Below are positions 1 through 9,566 of a DNA stretch of 64,000 bases, one piece after another. Made by a program: the position numbers and the translations under genes. The notes beneath the pieces were generated by a model. That model ran no database searches. It was not told the origin of the DNA and worked only from the letters and a program-made list of their open reading frames with translations. Position 1 is the stretch's first letter; each line of letters opens with the position of its first letter. This DNA comes from an uncultured Pseudomonadota bacterium (GTDB lineage Bacteria > Pseudomonadota > Alphaproteobacteria > Rhizobiales > Hyphomicrobiaceae), in contig CAWJXQ010000013.1 of the NCBI GenBank assembly GCA_963846845.1, forward strand, positions 98,338-162,337, read 5' to 3'.

Positions 1-514
1 ACGGCAGTGACGGATGGGCCGCCGTCATGGCCCGCTTGTCGAACGGCTCGCCGGATGCTGTCTGCGTGCCCTGCCAGTAGTAGGACGCGATACCGGTCAG
101 CGCGTGCTGTTTGCCTCCGGGCCCGGCCGCGGGCTTGGCGGAGCCGGGTGCCTTGAGACCAGCGTCCTTGGGAGACGACGGCCGTGCCGCCAATTGTGGC
201 TTGGACGGCCGTTTGACTTCGCGCGGCAGCGCCGTCAGCCCGAGATCTGGTCGCATGTCCGGCCCCAGGCCCGGCCGAAGAGCCGGCTCACGGGCGACCG
301 TAGCCGCCCAGGCATCCTCGACATGCTCCCGCACTTCGAGGGCGGCTTTGTCGGTCGCGCGCACGGCATCCCGGCCTACGCTGGCCGCGCCGTCGGTAAT
401 GTCGGAAAGGGCGGCCGAAGCCTCGCTCGCCTGCGCGAATGCCGTAGACGCCGTCAGCGTCGACGCCAGGCAGGCCGCAATTGTCAGCGTCGCTCGACAG
501 CGCAACGTCGCCAC
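1..514 (-). CDS. RlpA-like (DPBB domain) lipoprotein, partial; C-terminus lies beyond the left edge of the window
   Basis: The minus frame stays open to the window edge and reads ...GKQHALTGIASYYWQGTQTASGEPFDKRAMTAAHPSLP, an RlpA/DPBB motif. It follows a signal-like ATLRCRATLTIAACLASTLTASTAFA. The start (GTG 514 or TTG 505) is uncertain. It is absent from the ORF track because it runs off the window. Confidence 0.6.
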   Translation of the reverse strand, partial: MATLRCRATLTIAACLASTLTASTAFAQASEASAALSDITDGAASVGRDAVRATDKAALEVREHVEDAWAATVAREPALRPGLGPDMRPDLGLTALPREVKRPSKPQLAARPSSPKDAGLKAPGSAKPAAGPGGKQHALTGIASYYWQGTQTASGEPFDKRAMTAAHPSLP

Positions 515-583
515 CCCCCGGAATTGGAAAGCCCAAATGCCAATCTTGGAATGAACGCGAGACTACGTGATTCGCAGGAGTGC

Positions 584-621
584 AAAAAACGAAGCGGCGG
601 GAAATCTGTTCCCGCCGCTTC
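584..621 (-). terminator. Rho-independent terminator downstream of the second rlpA-like gene
   Basis: 12-bp GC-rich stem gaagcggcggga/tcccgccgcttc with a 7-nt loop, followed on the minus strand by TTTTTT. Confidence 0.7.
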
Positions 622-694
622 GCAAAGCTAGTTAACGCGAGAGCGCTTCCGGAAAAGTGTGTAGCGGTTTTCCGATCAGAAGCGCGAAACGCTA

Positions 695-1276
695 TTAGCC
701 GCCGACGACGTCGACCGCGACGCGGGCGACGCCCGAGCCGGTCATGCCGATGACACCTGCCGCGCGGCGCGACAGGTCGATGATGCGGCCGCGAATGAAG
801 GGGCCACGATCGTTGATGGTCACGGTGACCGAGCGGCCGTTGCCCAGATGCGTCACGCGCACCTTGGTGCCGAACGGCAGCGTCTTGTGGGCAGCCGTCA
901 GGGCGTTCGGATTAAACCGGCCGCCAGAAGCCACCTGCTGGCCTTGCCAGTAGTACGAGGCCATGCCCGACATGGCATGCGAACCCGAGTAAACGCGCTT
1001 GGCCGTGCGGCGCGTTGCGTAACGAGCCGGCTTGCGCGATGCGTAGCGGGCGGACTTGCGCGAGGCAACGCGTGCCTTGCGGTGAGAGGCGTGTGCCACG
1101 CGATGCGAACGCGCGGAACGGGCAGCCTTGCGATACGTTGCTTTAGAAGAGGCCTTCGATGCGGACGACCCGCAAGCGACTTCACCACCCTGGCAGTTCC
1201 AGGCTGCTTGAGCCGGGGCCGCGGCAACAAACGTCAAAGACGCAAGTGCCAGTGCACTTACAAATAAAGTGCGCAT
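695..1276 (-). CDS. Septal ring lytic transglycosylase RlpA family protein
   Basis: Signal peptide MRTLFVSALALASLTFVAAAPAQA. The C-terminus SYYWQGQQVASGGRFNPNALTAAHKTLPFGTKVRVTHLGNGRSVTVTINDRGPF is the RlpA DPBB signature. The ATG at 1276 was chosen inside the longer ORF 695..1528. Confidence 0.8.
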   Translation of the reverse strand: MRTLFVSALALASLTFVAAAPAQAAWNCQGGEVACGSSASKASSKATYRKAARSARSHRVAHASHRKARVASRKSARYASRKPARYATRRTAKRVYSGSHAMSGMASYYWQGQQVASGGRFNPNALTAAHKTLPFGTKVRVTHLGNGRSVTVTINDRGPFIRGRIIDLSRRAAGVIGMTGSGVARVAVDVVGG

Positions 1277-1815
1277 GATCATCTCCACTCTAGGCGGCAC
1301 GTCCGAAGCATTGTCTGTTGCAAACGCTTGCCCGTGCATGGCCCTCGCGAAGAGGTCCTCCCGGCTCAGCCAGGTGGCAATCAGGCAAGGCAGTCGCGCA
1401 GAGAACCGCCCCGTAAGTTTTCCAGAACTCGGTCTGCCGCCGTGCTCATTTAGATAGAGGGTCGCCGTTTTGGACTTGTCCCCCGTTCTGGTGACCGCAA
1501 CGAACCCCAGGCCGGGGACCCCGGTCAACCCCGGAGACTGAACGATGTTTTATTCACTTCTGTCGCAGCGCTGTTTTCGCAGGGGATTTGCTGCTGCAGC
1601 GCGCAATCGTGCGACGGCACGTCGCACATATGTCATGTGAACTCGCTATCGGAACCCCCGGGAAAAGCGGCGAAACAGCGGCTAATAAGTGCCGTCAGTA
1701 TGGCCCTGTGCGCCGCCAGATCGATTTGCCGGGCCAGCAAAACCACGAAGGTTTAGGACCGCGTAACGTTACGAATCTGTCCCGCAACTCGCATTGAAAG
1801 GCCAGTGCCCTCGCG

Positions 1816-3138
1816 ATGTCCGCCACCGTTCCCACGCCCATCGCGGATGTTGCCGCACCCCGAGCCGCTCCCGCATTCGGCGAGCTTGTCCGCGTCTTCG
1901 CGCGCATTGGTGTGCTGTCTTTCGGCGGCCCGGCCGGCCAGATCGCGCTCATGCATCGCGAACTCGTCGACGAGCGCGCCTGGATCGACGAACGCACATA
2001 CCTGTCGGCCCTCAATTTCTGCATGCTGTTGCCCGGGCCCGAAGCAATGCAGCTCGCCACCTACGTCGGCTGGCGCCTGCACGGGCTACGCGGCGGCTTG
2101 GCCGCCGGCCTGCTGTTCGTGCTGCCGGGCGCGCTGATCGTCTTCGCGCTCGCGCTTCTCTACGCCAGCTTCGGCCAGTTGCCGTTGGTCGCCACGCTGT
2201 TCGTCGGTATCAAGGCGGCCGTTCTCGTCATCGTCGTTGAGGCCTTGTTACGCGTTGCCCGCCGCGCGCTGCGCGGCTGGATCGATTGGCTGGTCGCGTT
2301 CTTCGCGTTCCTGGCCATCTTCGCGTTCAACGTGACGTTTCCGCTTGTCGTCTTGGCGGCCGCCGCAACCGGCTTTATTCGCCGCCGCCATCAGGCGCCA
2401 TCAGCGATGCTCCCTCCCGCGCCGGTTCCGTTCGCAAAGACTGTGCGCACGCTTGGCGTTGGCATCGCCATCTGGCTGCTGCCGCTCGCCGCCATCGTCT
2501 TGCTCTTCGGCTGGGATCACGTTCTGTCGCAACTGGCGTGGTTCTTCTCAAAGCTCGCCGTCGTCACCTTCGGCGGCGCCTATGCGGTGCTCGCCTACAT
2601 GGCGCAAGATGTCGTGCAGGGATTTGGCTGGCTGACGGCCGGAGAAATGCTCGATGCGCTGGGCCTCGCCGAAACGACGCCTGGCCCCCTGATCCTCGTC
2701 ACGGAATTCGTCGGCACGCTCGCCTCCTGGCGCCACGGCGGCGGCCCGCCATTGGCGATGGCCGCGCTTGGCGCACTCGTCAGCCTCTGGGCCACCTTCG
2801 CGCCTTGCTTCATCTGGATCTTTGCCGGCGCGCCCTACCTTGAACGGCTCAACGCCGAGCCGCGCATCGCCTCAGCACTGGCCGCCGTCACCGCCGCCGT
2901 CGTCGGCGTCATCGCCAACCTCACGGTCTGGTTTGCCCTGCACGTGCTGTTCGCACGCGTCGACACCGTTGAAGCCGGCATCCTGCGCCTGCACGTTCCC
3001 GATCTCGCTTCGCTGCAACCGGTCACCATGGCGTTGTCGCTGGCCGCCGCAGCGCTGCTCTTCGCCCTCCACCGCAGCGTGCTGGAGACGCTGGCGGTTA
3101 CGGCGGGGCTGGCGGTCGCGATCTCAGCGTTGACTTAA
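1816..3138 (+). CDS. chrA: Chromate efflux transporter ChrA
   Basis: 440 aa polytopic protein with a duplicated CHR motif (RIGVLSFGGPAGQIALMHRELVDERAWIDE ... KLAVVTFGGAYAVLAYMAQD). Confidence 0.85.
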   Translation: MSATVPTPIADVAAPRAAPAFGELVRVFARIGVLSFGGPAGQIALMHRELVDERAWIDERTYLSALNFCMLLPGPEAMQLATYVGWRLHGLRGGLAAGLLFVLPGALIVFALALLYASFGQLPLVATLFVGIKAAVLVIVVEALLRVARRALRGWIDWLVAFFAFLAIFAFNVTFPLVVLAAAATGFIRRRHQAPSAMLPPAPVPFAKTVRTLGVGIAIWLLPLAAIVLLFGWDHVLSQLAWFFSKLAVVTFGGAYAVLAYMAQDVVQGFGWLTAGEMLDALGLAETTPGPLILVTEFVGTLASWRHGGGPPLAMAALGALVSLWATFAPCFIWIFAGAPYLERLNAEPRIASALAAVTAAVVGVIANLTVWFALHVLFARVDTVEAGILRLHVPDLASLQPVTMALSLAAAALLFALHRSVLETLAVTAGLAVAISALT

Positions 3139-3160
3139 ACCCGGCGGCCAACCGCGGGAT

Positions 3161-4135
3161 CTACAGCCACCCCTTGCGCTTGAAATAGACGTACGGGATC
3201 AGCCCCGACACCAGCATCAGGCCGAGCGCCAGCGGATACCCGAACCACCAGTCCAGCTCCGGCATGAACTTGAAGTTCATGCCGTAGATCGACGCCACCA
3301 GCGTCGGCGGCATCAGCATCACCGCCATCACCGAGAACAGCTTGATGATCTGGTTCTGCTCGTTGGAGATCATGCCCAGCGTCGCATCCAGCAGGAAGCT
3401 CATGCGGTTCGACAGGAAGCGCATGTTCTCCAGCAGCGCCGCGATGTCGCGATGCGAAATGTCGATGCGGTTCTGCGTCCGCGGCTCGTCCTTGCGGCTG
3501 CGTGCAGCGTCGTAGAAATACAGCAGCAGCCGGTCCATCGACATCGTGCTTTCCTGCACGCGGGCCACGATGTCGCCCTGCTTGCCGGTGTGCTTCAGGA
3601 ACATTCCCAGCCGCTGCGCATGCTGCTTCTCGCGCGCGCTGTCGAGATCGAACAAATTCTGCGCCAGCTTGTCGACATCGTCCTGCACGCGCTCGATGAG
3701 GTCCGCCGTGCGATGGATCATCGTCTCGATCAGCCCGATCATGATGGCGGCGGCCGACGTGCAGGGCGCGTCCCCGCTCTCGACGCGCGCCAGGAACAGC
3801 GGAAACGCCTTCGGCTCGGTGTAGCGTACGGTGACCAGCCGTTGCCCTGCGAGAATGAAAGTCACCGCCGTCGTCGACGGCACCTGCGACTCCAAATTGT
3901 AGACGATGAACGTCGTCATGTAGTGCGCGCCATGCTCCTGATAGAGACGGTTGGACGCCTCGATCTCGCGCATCTCCGCCCGCGTCGGAACCGACACGCC
4001 GATCGACTGCTCGACGAACGCGTCTTCCTCTTTCGTGGGGTCGACGAGATCGAACCAGATGCTGTTCTCGCCGCAGGGCGCGGCCGAGTCGCGCTTTTGC
4101 AGAGCTTCACCGCTCTTGTCATAGATGGTCAGCAC
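3161..4135 (-). CDS. corA: Magnesium/cobalt transporter CorA
   Basis: 324 aa with two C-terminal TM helices and the YGMNF signature (ASIYGMNFKFMPELDW). Confidence 0.9.
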   Translation of the reverse strand: MLTIYDKSGEALQKRDSAAPCGENSIWFDLVDPTKEEDAFVEQSIGVSVPTRAEMREIEASNRLYQEHGAHYMTTFIVYNLESQVPSTTAVTFILAGQRLVTVRYTEPKAFPLFLARVESGDAPCTSAAAIMIGLIETMIHRTADLIERVQDDVDKLAQNLFDLDSAREKQHAQRLGMFLKHTGKQGDIVARVQESTMSMDRLLLYFYDAARSRKDEPRTQNRIDISHRDIAALLENMRFLSNRMSFLLDATLGMISNEQNQIIKLFSVMAVMLMPPTLVASIYGMNFKFMPELDWWFGYPLALGLMLVSGLIPYVYFKRKGWL

Positions 4136-4315
4136 AACCGACTTCTCCTGCTATAACCAGGGTCATTCCGCGGTGCTTTTACACGCAAGCGAGGAAGTTT
4201 GGCACTATGTTTGATTTGATCCTGGCGGGCACACCGCAACCGGCTATGAAACCTGCGTCCGCCTGCCACGTACCCCTCATGTGCTCCGTGTCGATTACAT
4301 AGAAGGAGGAAAATC

Positions 4316-4624
4316 ATGGTCCGATATGGCCTGACAGCCGCGATCCTGTTGCCGGCATGCGTCTTGGCAGCGGCCTCGCCCGCCAATGCCCGCATCGTAT
4401 GCCGCAACGACTACCAACTTGTCGGCGGCAACTTGATCTCGACTCCATACTGCGCCGACAACTACGTGGCCGCTGTGGCCCGCCAATACGGCGTGCGCGT
4501 TACCGATGCCGCAATTCGCAACAATCCCAACAAAAAGCGCGAAGTCTGCCGCTTCATCGGCCACGACATCCGCATCGCCGAACATTGCAACAACGAAGTG
4601 CCCCGGGGCCGCCGTGGATTCTGA
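4316..4624 (+). CDS. Hypothetical secreted Cys-containing protein
   Basis: Signal peptide (AAILLPACVLAAASPANA), four Cys, GGA-rich RBS. No family recognised. Confidence 0.55.
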   Translation: MVRYGLTAAILLPACVLAAASPANARIVCRNDYQLVGGNLISTPYCADNYVAAVARQYGVRVTDAAIRNNPNKKREVCRFIGHDIRIAEHCNNEVPRGRRGF

Positions 4625-5519
4625 CGTCGAACAGCTGAACGCGTCCTATGGCCGGCCAGGCGCCGTTTCCTTTGCTGAGCATGGGCTGGGTGGCCCGGCC
4701 GCCCATCTCGTGACGGCTGACGCCAGCGCCATCGTCGCGATCCATGGCGCGCACGTCGTAAGCTTCCTCCCCAAGCGGGGCGGCGAAGTATTGTGGATGT
4801 CGCCGCAAGCACGCATCGCGCCTGGCCAGGGCATACGCGGCGGCATCCCGGTCTGCTGGCCGTGGTTCGCCGCGCACGCGACAGATGCGTCCAAGCCCGA
4901 TCACGGCTTCGTTCGCAAGGCCCCGTGGCGCGTCGTGCGCACCGCCGCCGAAAACGGTGCGGCGGAGATCGAACTGACATTTGCGGCAATGGACGACTAC
5001 GCTGCGATTTGGTCAGGCAAGGCAGAGCTGAAGCTCGTCGTTTCGTTGTCCGACAAGCTGCGCGTCGAACTCACGACGCGAAACCTCGGCGCCTCCGGCA
5101 TGGAACTGACCGAGGCGCTACACACGTATTTCGCGATCGGAAACATCGCGGACGTCACGGTGCGTGGCCTGGCAGGACGCAGTTATCGCGACAAGCTTCA
5201 GGACTACGCGGTGATCGAGCAGAAGGGCGCCATCACCTTCGCCGGCGAGGTGGATCGCATCTACCAGGACACGACGGACGACGTCGTGATCGAGGATCCG
5301 GGCCATGGCCGCAAGATCCGCGTCGCCAAGGCCGGCAGCACCTCGACGGTCGTGTGGAATCCCTGGATCGAGAAGTCCCAGCGGCTCTCTGACATGCCGG
5401 CCCAGGGCTATCTGGGAATGGTCTGCGTGGAGACCACAAATGCAGGAGGCGATGTCGTCACGCTGAAACCGCGCGACACGCATCGCCTCACAACTGTCTT
5501 GAGCGTTGAGCCGCTCTGA
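4614..5519 (+). CDS. D-hexose-6-phosphate mutarotase (aldose 1-epimerase family)
   Basis: Motif IRGGIPVCWPWFAAH...PDHGFVRKAPWRV. The GTG start at 4614 is inferred because the N-terminal part of ORF 4506..5519 overlaps the upstream gene. The start is uncertain. Confidence 0.75.
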   Translation: MDSDVEQLNASYGRPGAVSFAEHGLGGPAAHLVTADASAIVAIHGAHVVSFLPKRGGEVLWMSPQARIAPGQGIRGGIPVCWPWFAAHATDASKPDHGFVRKAPWRVVRTAAENGAAEIELTFAAMDDYAAIWSGKAELKLVVSLSDKLRVELTTRNLGASGMELTEALHTYFAIGNIADVTVRGLAGRSYRDKLQDYAVIEQKGAITFAGEVDRIYQDTTDDVVIEDPGHGRKIRVAKAGSTSTVVWNPWIEKSQRLSDMPAQGYLGMVCVETTNAGGDVVTLKPRDTHRLTTVLSVEPL

Positions 5520-5537
5520 TTTGCCAGGCAGGCGTTA

Positions 5538-6065
5538 TCAGCCCGTACGCTGTACGGCCTCGACGCGCTGGAACGCAGCCGGATCGAGAACCGGCTTCAA
5601 CTCGTTGGCGTCTTTCGCACGGCGAACGCGGCCGTCGAACTGCGCACCTTCTGAGATTGCCAGCGTTTGATGCGTGATTTCGCCGTCGACCTGTGCCGTC
5701 GGATGCAGCGTGACAGTCGCAGCGCGGATGGCCCCCCGAACCCCGCCACGAACTTCGATCACTTCGGCCGAAACCGTGCCGATGACCGAACCGTCTTCGC
5801 CGATCACGACCTGGCGGCCATTCACGTCACCGCGAATATCGCCGTCGATCTGCAGCCGGTTCTGCGAAATGATCGTGATCTTGTCGCCCAGAATGGTGAG
5901 GTCGGTGCCGATGACCGACGTGCCCATGACCTGCGCGCTCGAGAATGGATCTGCGCGGCCGGTCGGCGTTGCGATCTGCGACTGCGGAGGCTGATGCGGT
6001 TGAATGTTGCCCGGCCCGATCGGCTGTGGCCCCCTCGGATTGTTCTGATCTGATCGCCCGAACAC
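5538..6065 (-). CDS. Bactofilin family cytoskeletal protein
   Basis: Central beta-helical repeat region (TILGDKITIISQNRLQIDGDIRGDVNGRQVVIGEDGSVIGTVSAEVIEVRGGVRGAI) with Pro/Gln-rich N-terminal tail. Confidence 0.8.
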   Translation of the reverse strand: MFGRSDQNNPRGPQPIGPGNIQPHQPPQSQIATPTGRADPFSSAQVMGTSVIGTDLTILGDKITIISQNRLQIDGDIRGDVNGRQVVIGEDGSVIGTVSAEVIEVRGGVRGAIRAATVTLHPTAQVDGEITHQTLAISEGAQFDGRVRRAKDANELKPVLDPAAFQRVEAVQRTG

Positions 6066-6409
6066 TGCTACCTCCCCTTACTCTGATACAAACGGCATGA
6101 TGGTGACCAGCGATCAACTTTCGATGGGCGAAATTATGTCCCCGGCCCGTAATCGCCGATCAGAACGGGCATTTTTGCGTTCCGGCAATTTTTCGCCGCG
6201 CAGTCCCGCGCTAAACCGCAAGGAGCAGTTCTTACAAATTTGTCCCATCGCGTACGCCGCGTGGCGCTTTATGCTTAATCCTCTTGCAGATACCATTTTT
6301 GTTAAGCTAGGAAATCATATTGCCTGAAAATAGAGACACCTAGCTTCTAGCAGCCGTTTTCAAATGAGCTAATTGCGGCGGCCGCCCGGCGTTCGCCAGG
6401 AGTGTAAAC

Positions 6410-7546
6410 ATGACTGACCGGCTCGATAGCGAGGCGGTGCTCGATATTATCGAACACATTTACGCCGCTGGGGTAGACCCGCAGGGCTGGCCCGAAGTCA
6501 CGGAACTCTGTCAGAAGCTTTTGCCGGGCTGCGGCTTCAGCCTTCTGCTCAGCAATGCCTCCAACGAGATCGATGGCGTCGCCTGCGGCGCGGGATACGA
6601 TCCCAAAACGATCGAAGAGTACGTGACGCATTATCACGCGATGAACCCCTACCTTCCGATCATCGATGCGTTGCCGTCCGACCAGGTCGCTCACGTCCGC
6701 GACTACGTTTCGCGCGACTGGCTCTTGTCTCAACCGTTTTATCACGAGTGGCTGAAGCCCGCCGGCGACTTCATTCACGGCGTGACCATGCCGATCCGCA
6801 GCAATGGAACGGGCCGGCTACTTCGGCTGACATACGACATCCCGTCGACCCGGGCCGAAGCGGAGGGCGTCGCCGCTGAATTTCTCGGCCGCACGAAAAC
6901 CCATTTCCGCCGCGCCTTCGAGGTTGCCGGCCGCCTGTATCAAGGCAGCGAAGCCATGCGCATGGGTCAGTCGCTGCTCGACAAGATTGCAGGCCCGGCA
7001 TTCATCGTCGACGCGTCTGCGAAGATAACCGGCATGAACGCCCGCGCCCTGAACCTTCTGCGCGACGGCCGCGTCACCCGGCCGGCTTCCGGCGACCGGC
7101 TGTCATTCTCTGCGGCTCGCGCCGAAAACCTGTTCCACCGGCTGCTGCAGGCCGCAACGTCGATCACGCAGGTCTCGGCACCCTCGGGCTTCCTGGTCGA
7201 TATCGCGGGTGTCCAAAGCCCGGTCATCGTCCTGCCGCTGCCGGGCGGAGCGTCGGGCGTGCCGGGCCGCCGCCTCGCGCTGGTCCAGATCGGCCGGCCG
7301 GAGCCGGTCGTCCCATCATCGGATCTCCTGCGGTCGCTCTACAACCTTACGCGTGCCGAAGCGGTCGTCGTGCAAAGGGTGGCAGCCGGCGAGGCGATCA
7401 AGGAGATCGCCCAGGCGAACGACAACTCGCAGTCGACGGTTCGCAACCAGCTCCAATCGGCCATGCAGAAGCTGGGCGTCCACCGCCAGGCGGAACTCGT
7501 CGGCGTCCTTGCCGGCCTGACGCCCCATTTGAGCCTCGACGAATAA
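6410..7546 (+). CDS. LuxR-family transcriptional regulator (C-terminal HTH)
   Basis: C-terminal LTRAEAVVVQRVAAGEAIKEIAQANDNSQSTVRNQLQSAMQKLGV matches the LuxR/FixJ HTH. The N-terminal ~300 aa domain is not recognised. Confidence 0.75.
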   Translation: MTDRLDSEAVLDIIEHIYAAGVDPQGWPEVTELCQKLLPGCGFSLLLSNASNEIDGVACGAGYDPKTIEEYVTHYHAMNPYLPIIDALPSDQVAHVRDYVSRDWLLSQPFYHEWLKPAGDFIHGVTMPIRSNGTGRLLRLTYDIPSTRAEAEGVAAEFLGRTKTHFRRAFEVAGRLYQGSEAMRMGQSLLDKIAGPAFIVDASAKITGMNARALNLLRDGRVTRPASGDRLSFSAARAENLFHRLLQAATSITQVSAPSGFLVDIAGVQSPVIVLPLPGGASGVPGRRLALVQIGRPEPVVPSSDLLRSLYNLTRAEAVVVQRVAAGEAIKEIAQANDNSQSTVRNQLQSAMQKLGVHRQAELVGVLAGLTPHLSLDE

Positions 7547-7589
7547 ATCGAGGGCGCTGTGGGCAGTGGGGCCACCCTGATTTCAGCCT

Positions 7590-7624
7590 GCCAAAAGCAA
7601 AGAGGCCGCCCAAAGGGCGGCCTC
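7590..7624 (-). terminator. Hairpin terminator (T-run on the minus strand only)
   Basis: Perfect 10-bp stem gaggccgccc/gggcggcctc with a 3-nt loop, followed on the minus strand by TTTGCTTTTGG. Confidence 0.55.
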
Positions 7625-7678
7625 CGTGAGACATGGGCGGCGTCGGCAGCTGTTGGCCGTGCCGCGATCCGCTGGTCC

Positions 7679-7756
7679 CTAGGTCAGCACCTGAGGCTGA
7701 TCCGATCCAGAACCGAGCGACCACGACATCGCCGTCCTCAAGATCCCACTCGACAT
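7679..7756 (-). CDS. Candidate 25-aa mini-ORF (MSSGILRTAMSWSLGSGSDQPQVLT)
   Basis: The ATG is preceded by GAGGAGGTGATCC, a 12-13 nt complement of the 16S 3' end, with 7-nt spacing. The hairpin terminator lies about 55 nt downstream. There is no homology evidence. Confidence 0.25.
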   Translation of the reverse strand: MSSGILRTAMSWSLGSGSDQPQVLT

Positions 7757-7917
7757 CGGATCACCTCCTCTCAATTGTTGAAGCCTGCCAGGAGCTTGCC
7801 ATGCTTCGCGGCGCTTGAAAAGGGCGTTTTGCGCCGCCATCGCACGTCCTCGGCTGCTTGCGCGATACCCGGTCGGTGTGTCAATAAATACGTAGACGGA
7901 GCAATTTTAGGTGTTTC

Positions 7918-8424
7918 ATGTTTGCGCGTATTCTTCTGCTTCTCATCACCGCTGGAGCGTTCAGCGGGGCTGCCCGAGCCGACTGGAGTGCCGGGCAAAT
8001 TCTCGACGAGTTCGACCAGAAGCACCGATTCTTGGCGATGTCCTCCATGAAAGAACCCGCGCTTGGCTTTGTCTGCGAAGCAGAGACCGGCAAGATCAAG
8101 CTCCTCTATAAATCGGGTGAGAAGGCATCCTCCTTCTTCCGAAAGCGTTTTCCCATCTGGCCAGTCTGGACGCATGTGATCGTCGACGACCAACCCACGC
8201 GATCCTTTCCAGGATCACTTATCGGGATCGACGAGAAAGTAGCGTTTGAGAGTTATGACGACGCGGCCGTCGCCTTGTCGAACATCATCGCCAAGTCGGA
8301 ACGACGGGTGCTCATCGCCATCCAGCTGGGCAGCGAAAAACTCTTCCGTAACGAGTTGACGGTGACGGGCAGCGCCCGCGCGATCAGTTCCATTTTCCAA
8401 GCCTGCAGCAAATACCGGCGCTGA
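7918..8424 (+). CDS. Hypothetical secreted protein
   Basis: 168-aa ORF with signal peptide MFARILLLLITAGAFSGAARA. GC is visibly lower than the flanks. No family recognised. Confidence 0.55.
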   Translation: MFARILLLLITAGAFSGAARADWSAGQILDEFDQKHRFLAMSSMKEPALGFVCEAETGKIKLLYKSGEKASSFFRKRFPIWPVWTHVIVDDQPTRSFPGSLIGIDEKVAFESYDDAAVALSNIIAKSERRVLIAIQLGSEKLFRNELTVTGSARAISSIFQACSKYRR

Positions 8425-8618
8425 AGCCGTGATCCCCGGATGCCATCGAAGGCATATTGCTCGAAGCCGGCCGCCGGACCGATTGCCGAAACTTCCCGAT
8501 TTCACGGCACAGTCCATCCACCTGTTGTGGCTCGCCGGAGTTCGGCATAGCTCAATCTCCACAACCGGCCCGCCGCAGTGACGGCATCGACAATGCCGGT
8601 GATAATGGAGAAACGCAC

Positions 8619-9104
8619 ATGAAGTTGCTTCGTATCGCAGGCGCTGGCGCCGCTCTCGCTGCACTTGCCGTGGCCGCCAACGCCGCCTCCGGGGTGGTCA
8701 TAGCCAAGTCGGCCGAGATCAAGGGCAAGGCCGCAGCCGACCTCGCCGCCAAATTCGCCACCGTCTGCGGCATCAAGGATTGGCATCCCGCCGTCGCCGC
8801 CTGCGATGAAACGACCGAAGGCAAAGACGCCTTCCGCACGCTCACGCTGAAGGACGGCGCCAAGGTGAAGGAGAAGATCACGTCCAAGAGCGCGGAGGGC
8901 TACGGCTACACCATCGTCGAGAGCCCGTTCCCCGTGAAGGACTACCGCGCGACATTCTCGATCAAGGACGACGCCGGCACGGCGAAGATCAGCTGGGTCG
9001 CGTCCTTCCAGGCCAACGGCAAGCCGGAAACCGAAGCCAAGACCATCATGGACGGCGTTCTCGGCGGCGGCATGACCAATCTGGCCGAACTCGCCGCGAA
9101 GTAA
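8619..9104 (+). CDS. SRPBCC (polyketide cyclase/START-like) family protein with signal peptide
   Basis: Internal ATG at 8619 with GGAG RBS; signal MKLLRIAGAGAALAALAVAANA; pattern WHPAVAACDE...YGYTIVESPFPVKDYRATF...ISWVASF. Confidence 0.7.
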   Translation: MKLLRIAGAGAALAALAVAANAASGVVIAKSAEIKGKAAADLAAKFATVCGIKDWHPAVAACDETTEGKDAFRTLTLKDGAKVKEKITSKSAEGYGYTIVESPFPVKDYRATFSIKDDAGTAKISWVASFQANGKPETEAKTIMDGVLGGGMTNLAELAAK

Positions 9105-9131
9105 GCGCCGGCGATCGGAGACACGTCAAAG

Positions 9132-9158
9132 AGGCCATCTTCACGATGGCCTTTTTTC
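9132..9158 (+). terminator. Rho-independent terminator
   Basis: Stem aggccatc/gatggcct with a 5-nt loop, followed by TTTTTT. Confidence 0.75.
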
Positions 9159-9253
9159 GTTTGGAAACGGGAACGCATCCGCAAGCTATCGCGGGCTTGC
9201 CGTATCAGTGTCGCCGGCCACCGAGCCCGGACGCCCATCATAGTTGCGCGATC

Positions 9254-9292
9254 TTGACATACAGACATACGCTGCGATATGTCTAGACATAT
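9254..9292 (+). promoter_or_regulatory. Putative vapBC promoter with operator repeats
   Basis: TTGACA at 9254-9259 and an ATATGT -10-like box 17 nt downstream. There are three copies of the half-site AGACATA/TATGTCT, including a perfect 16-bp palindrome ATATGTCTAGACATAT at 9277-9292. Confidence 0.45.
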
Positions 9293-9566
9293 GGAACGCA
9301 CAACCGTCCGCCTGCCGTCCGAACTGCTCGCCCGCGCTCGCAAGAAAGCGGCCGCCGAAGGCCGCACGCTGACCTCGCTGATCGAACAGGGTTTGCGCGA
9401 AGCGGTGGCGAGCCGGCCAAAGTCCAAGTCAAAAAGTCGCGTGAAGCTTCCTGTCAGCTCGGCGACCGGCGGCCTGCTGCCGGGTGTGGATGCCGAAAAC
9501 CTCGCACGTTACGCGCAGGAACTCGACGACATGGAGTACGTCGAGCGCATGAAGTCATTCAAATGA
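9279..9566 (+). CDS. vapB: Ribbon-helix-helix antitoxin (VapB-like)
   Basis: The N-terminus ERTTVRLPSELLARARKKAAAEGRTLTSLIEQGLRE is RHH-like. It overlaps the downstream PIN gene by 4 nt. The start may be the ATG at 9291 instead. Confidence 0.75.
   Translation: MSRHMERTTVRLPSELLARARKKAAAEGRTLTSLIEQGLREAVASRPKSKSKSRVKLPVSSATGGLLPGVDAENLARYAQELDDMEYVERMKSFK

Noticed and set aside
14-631. Long plus-strand ORFs (14..631 and 111..554) at the left edge
   Set aside because: Their Arg/Gly/Pro/Ala-rich composition is typical of off-frame translation in high-GC DNA. The opposite strand carries a clear RlpA-type motif (GIASYYWQGTQTASGEPFDKRAMTAAHP) in a frame open to the window edge.
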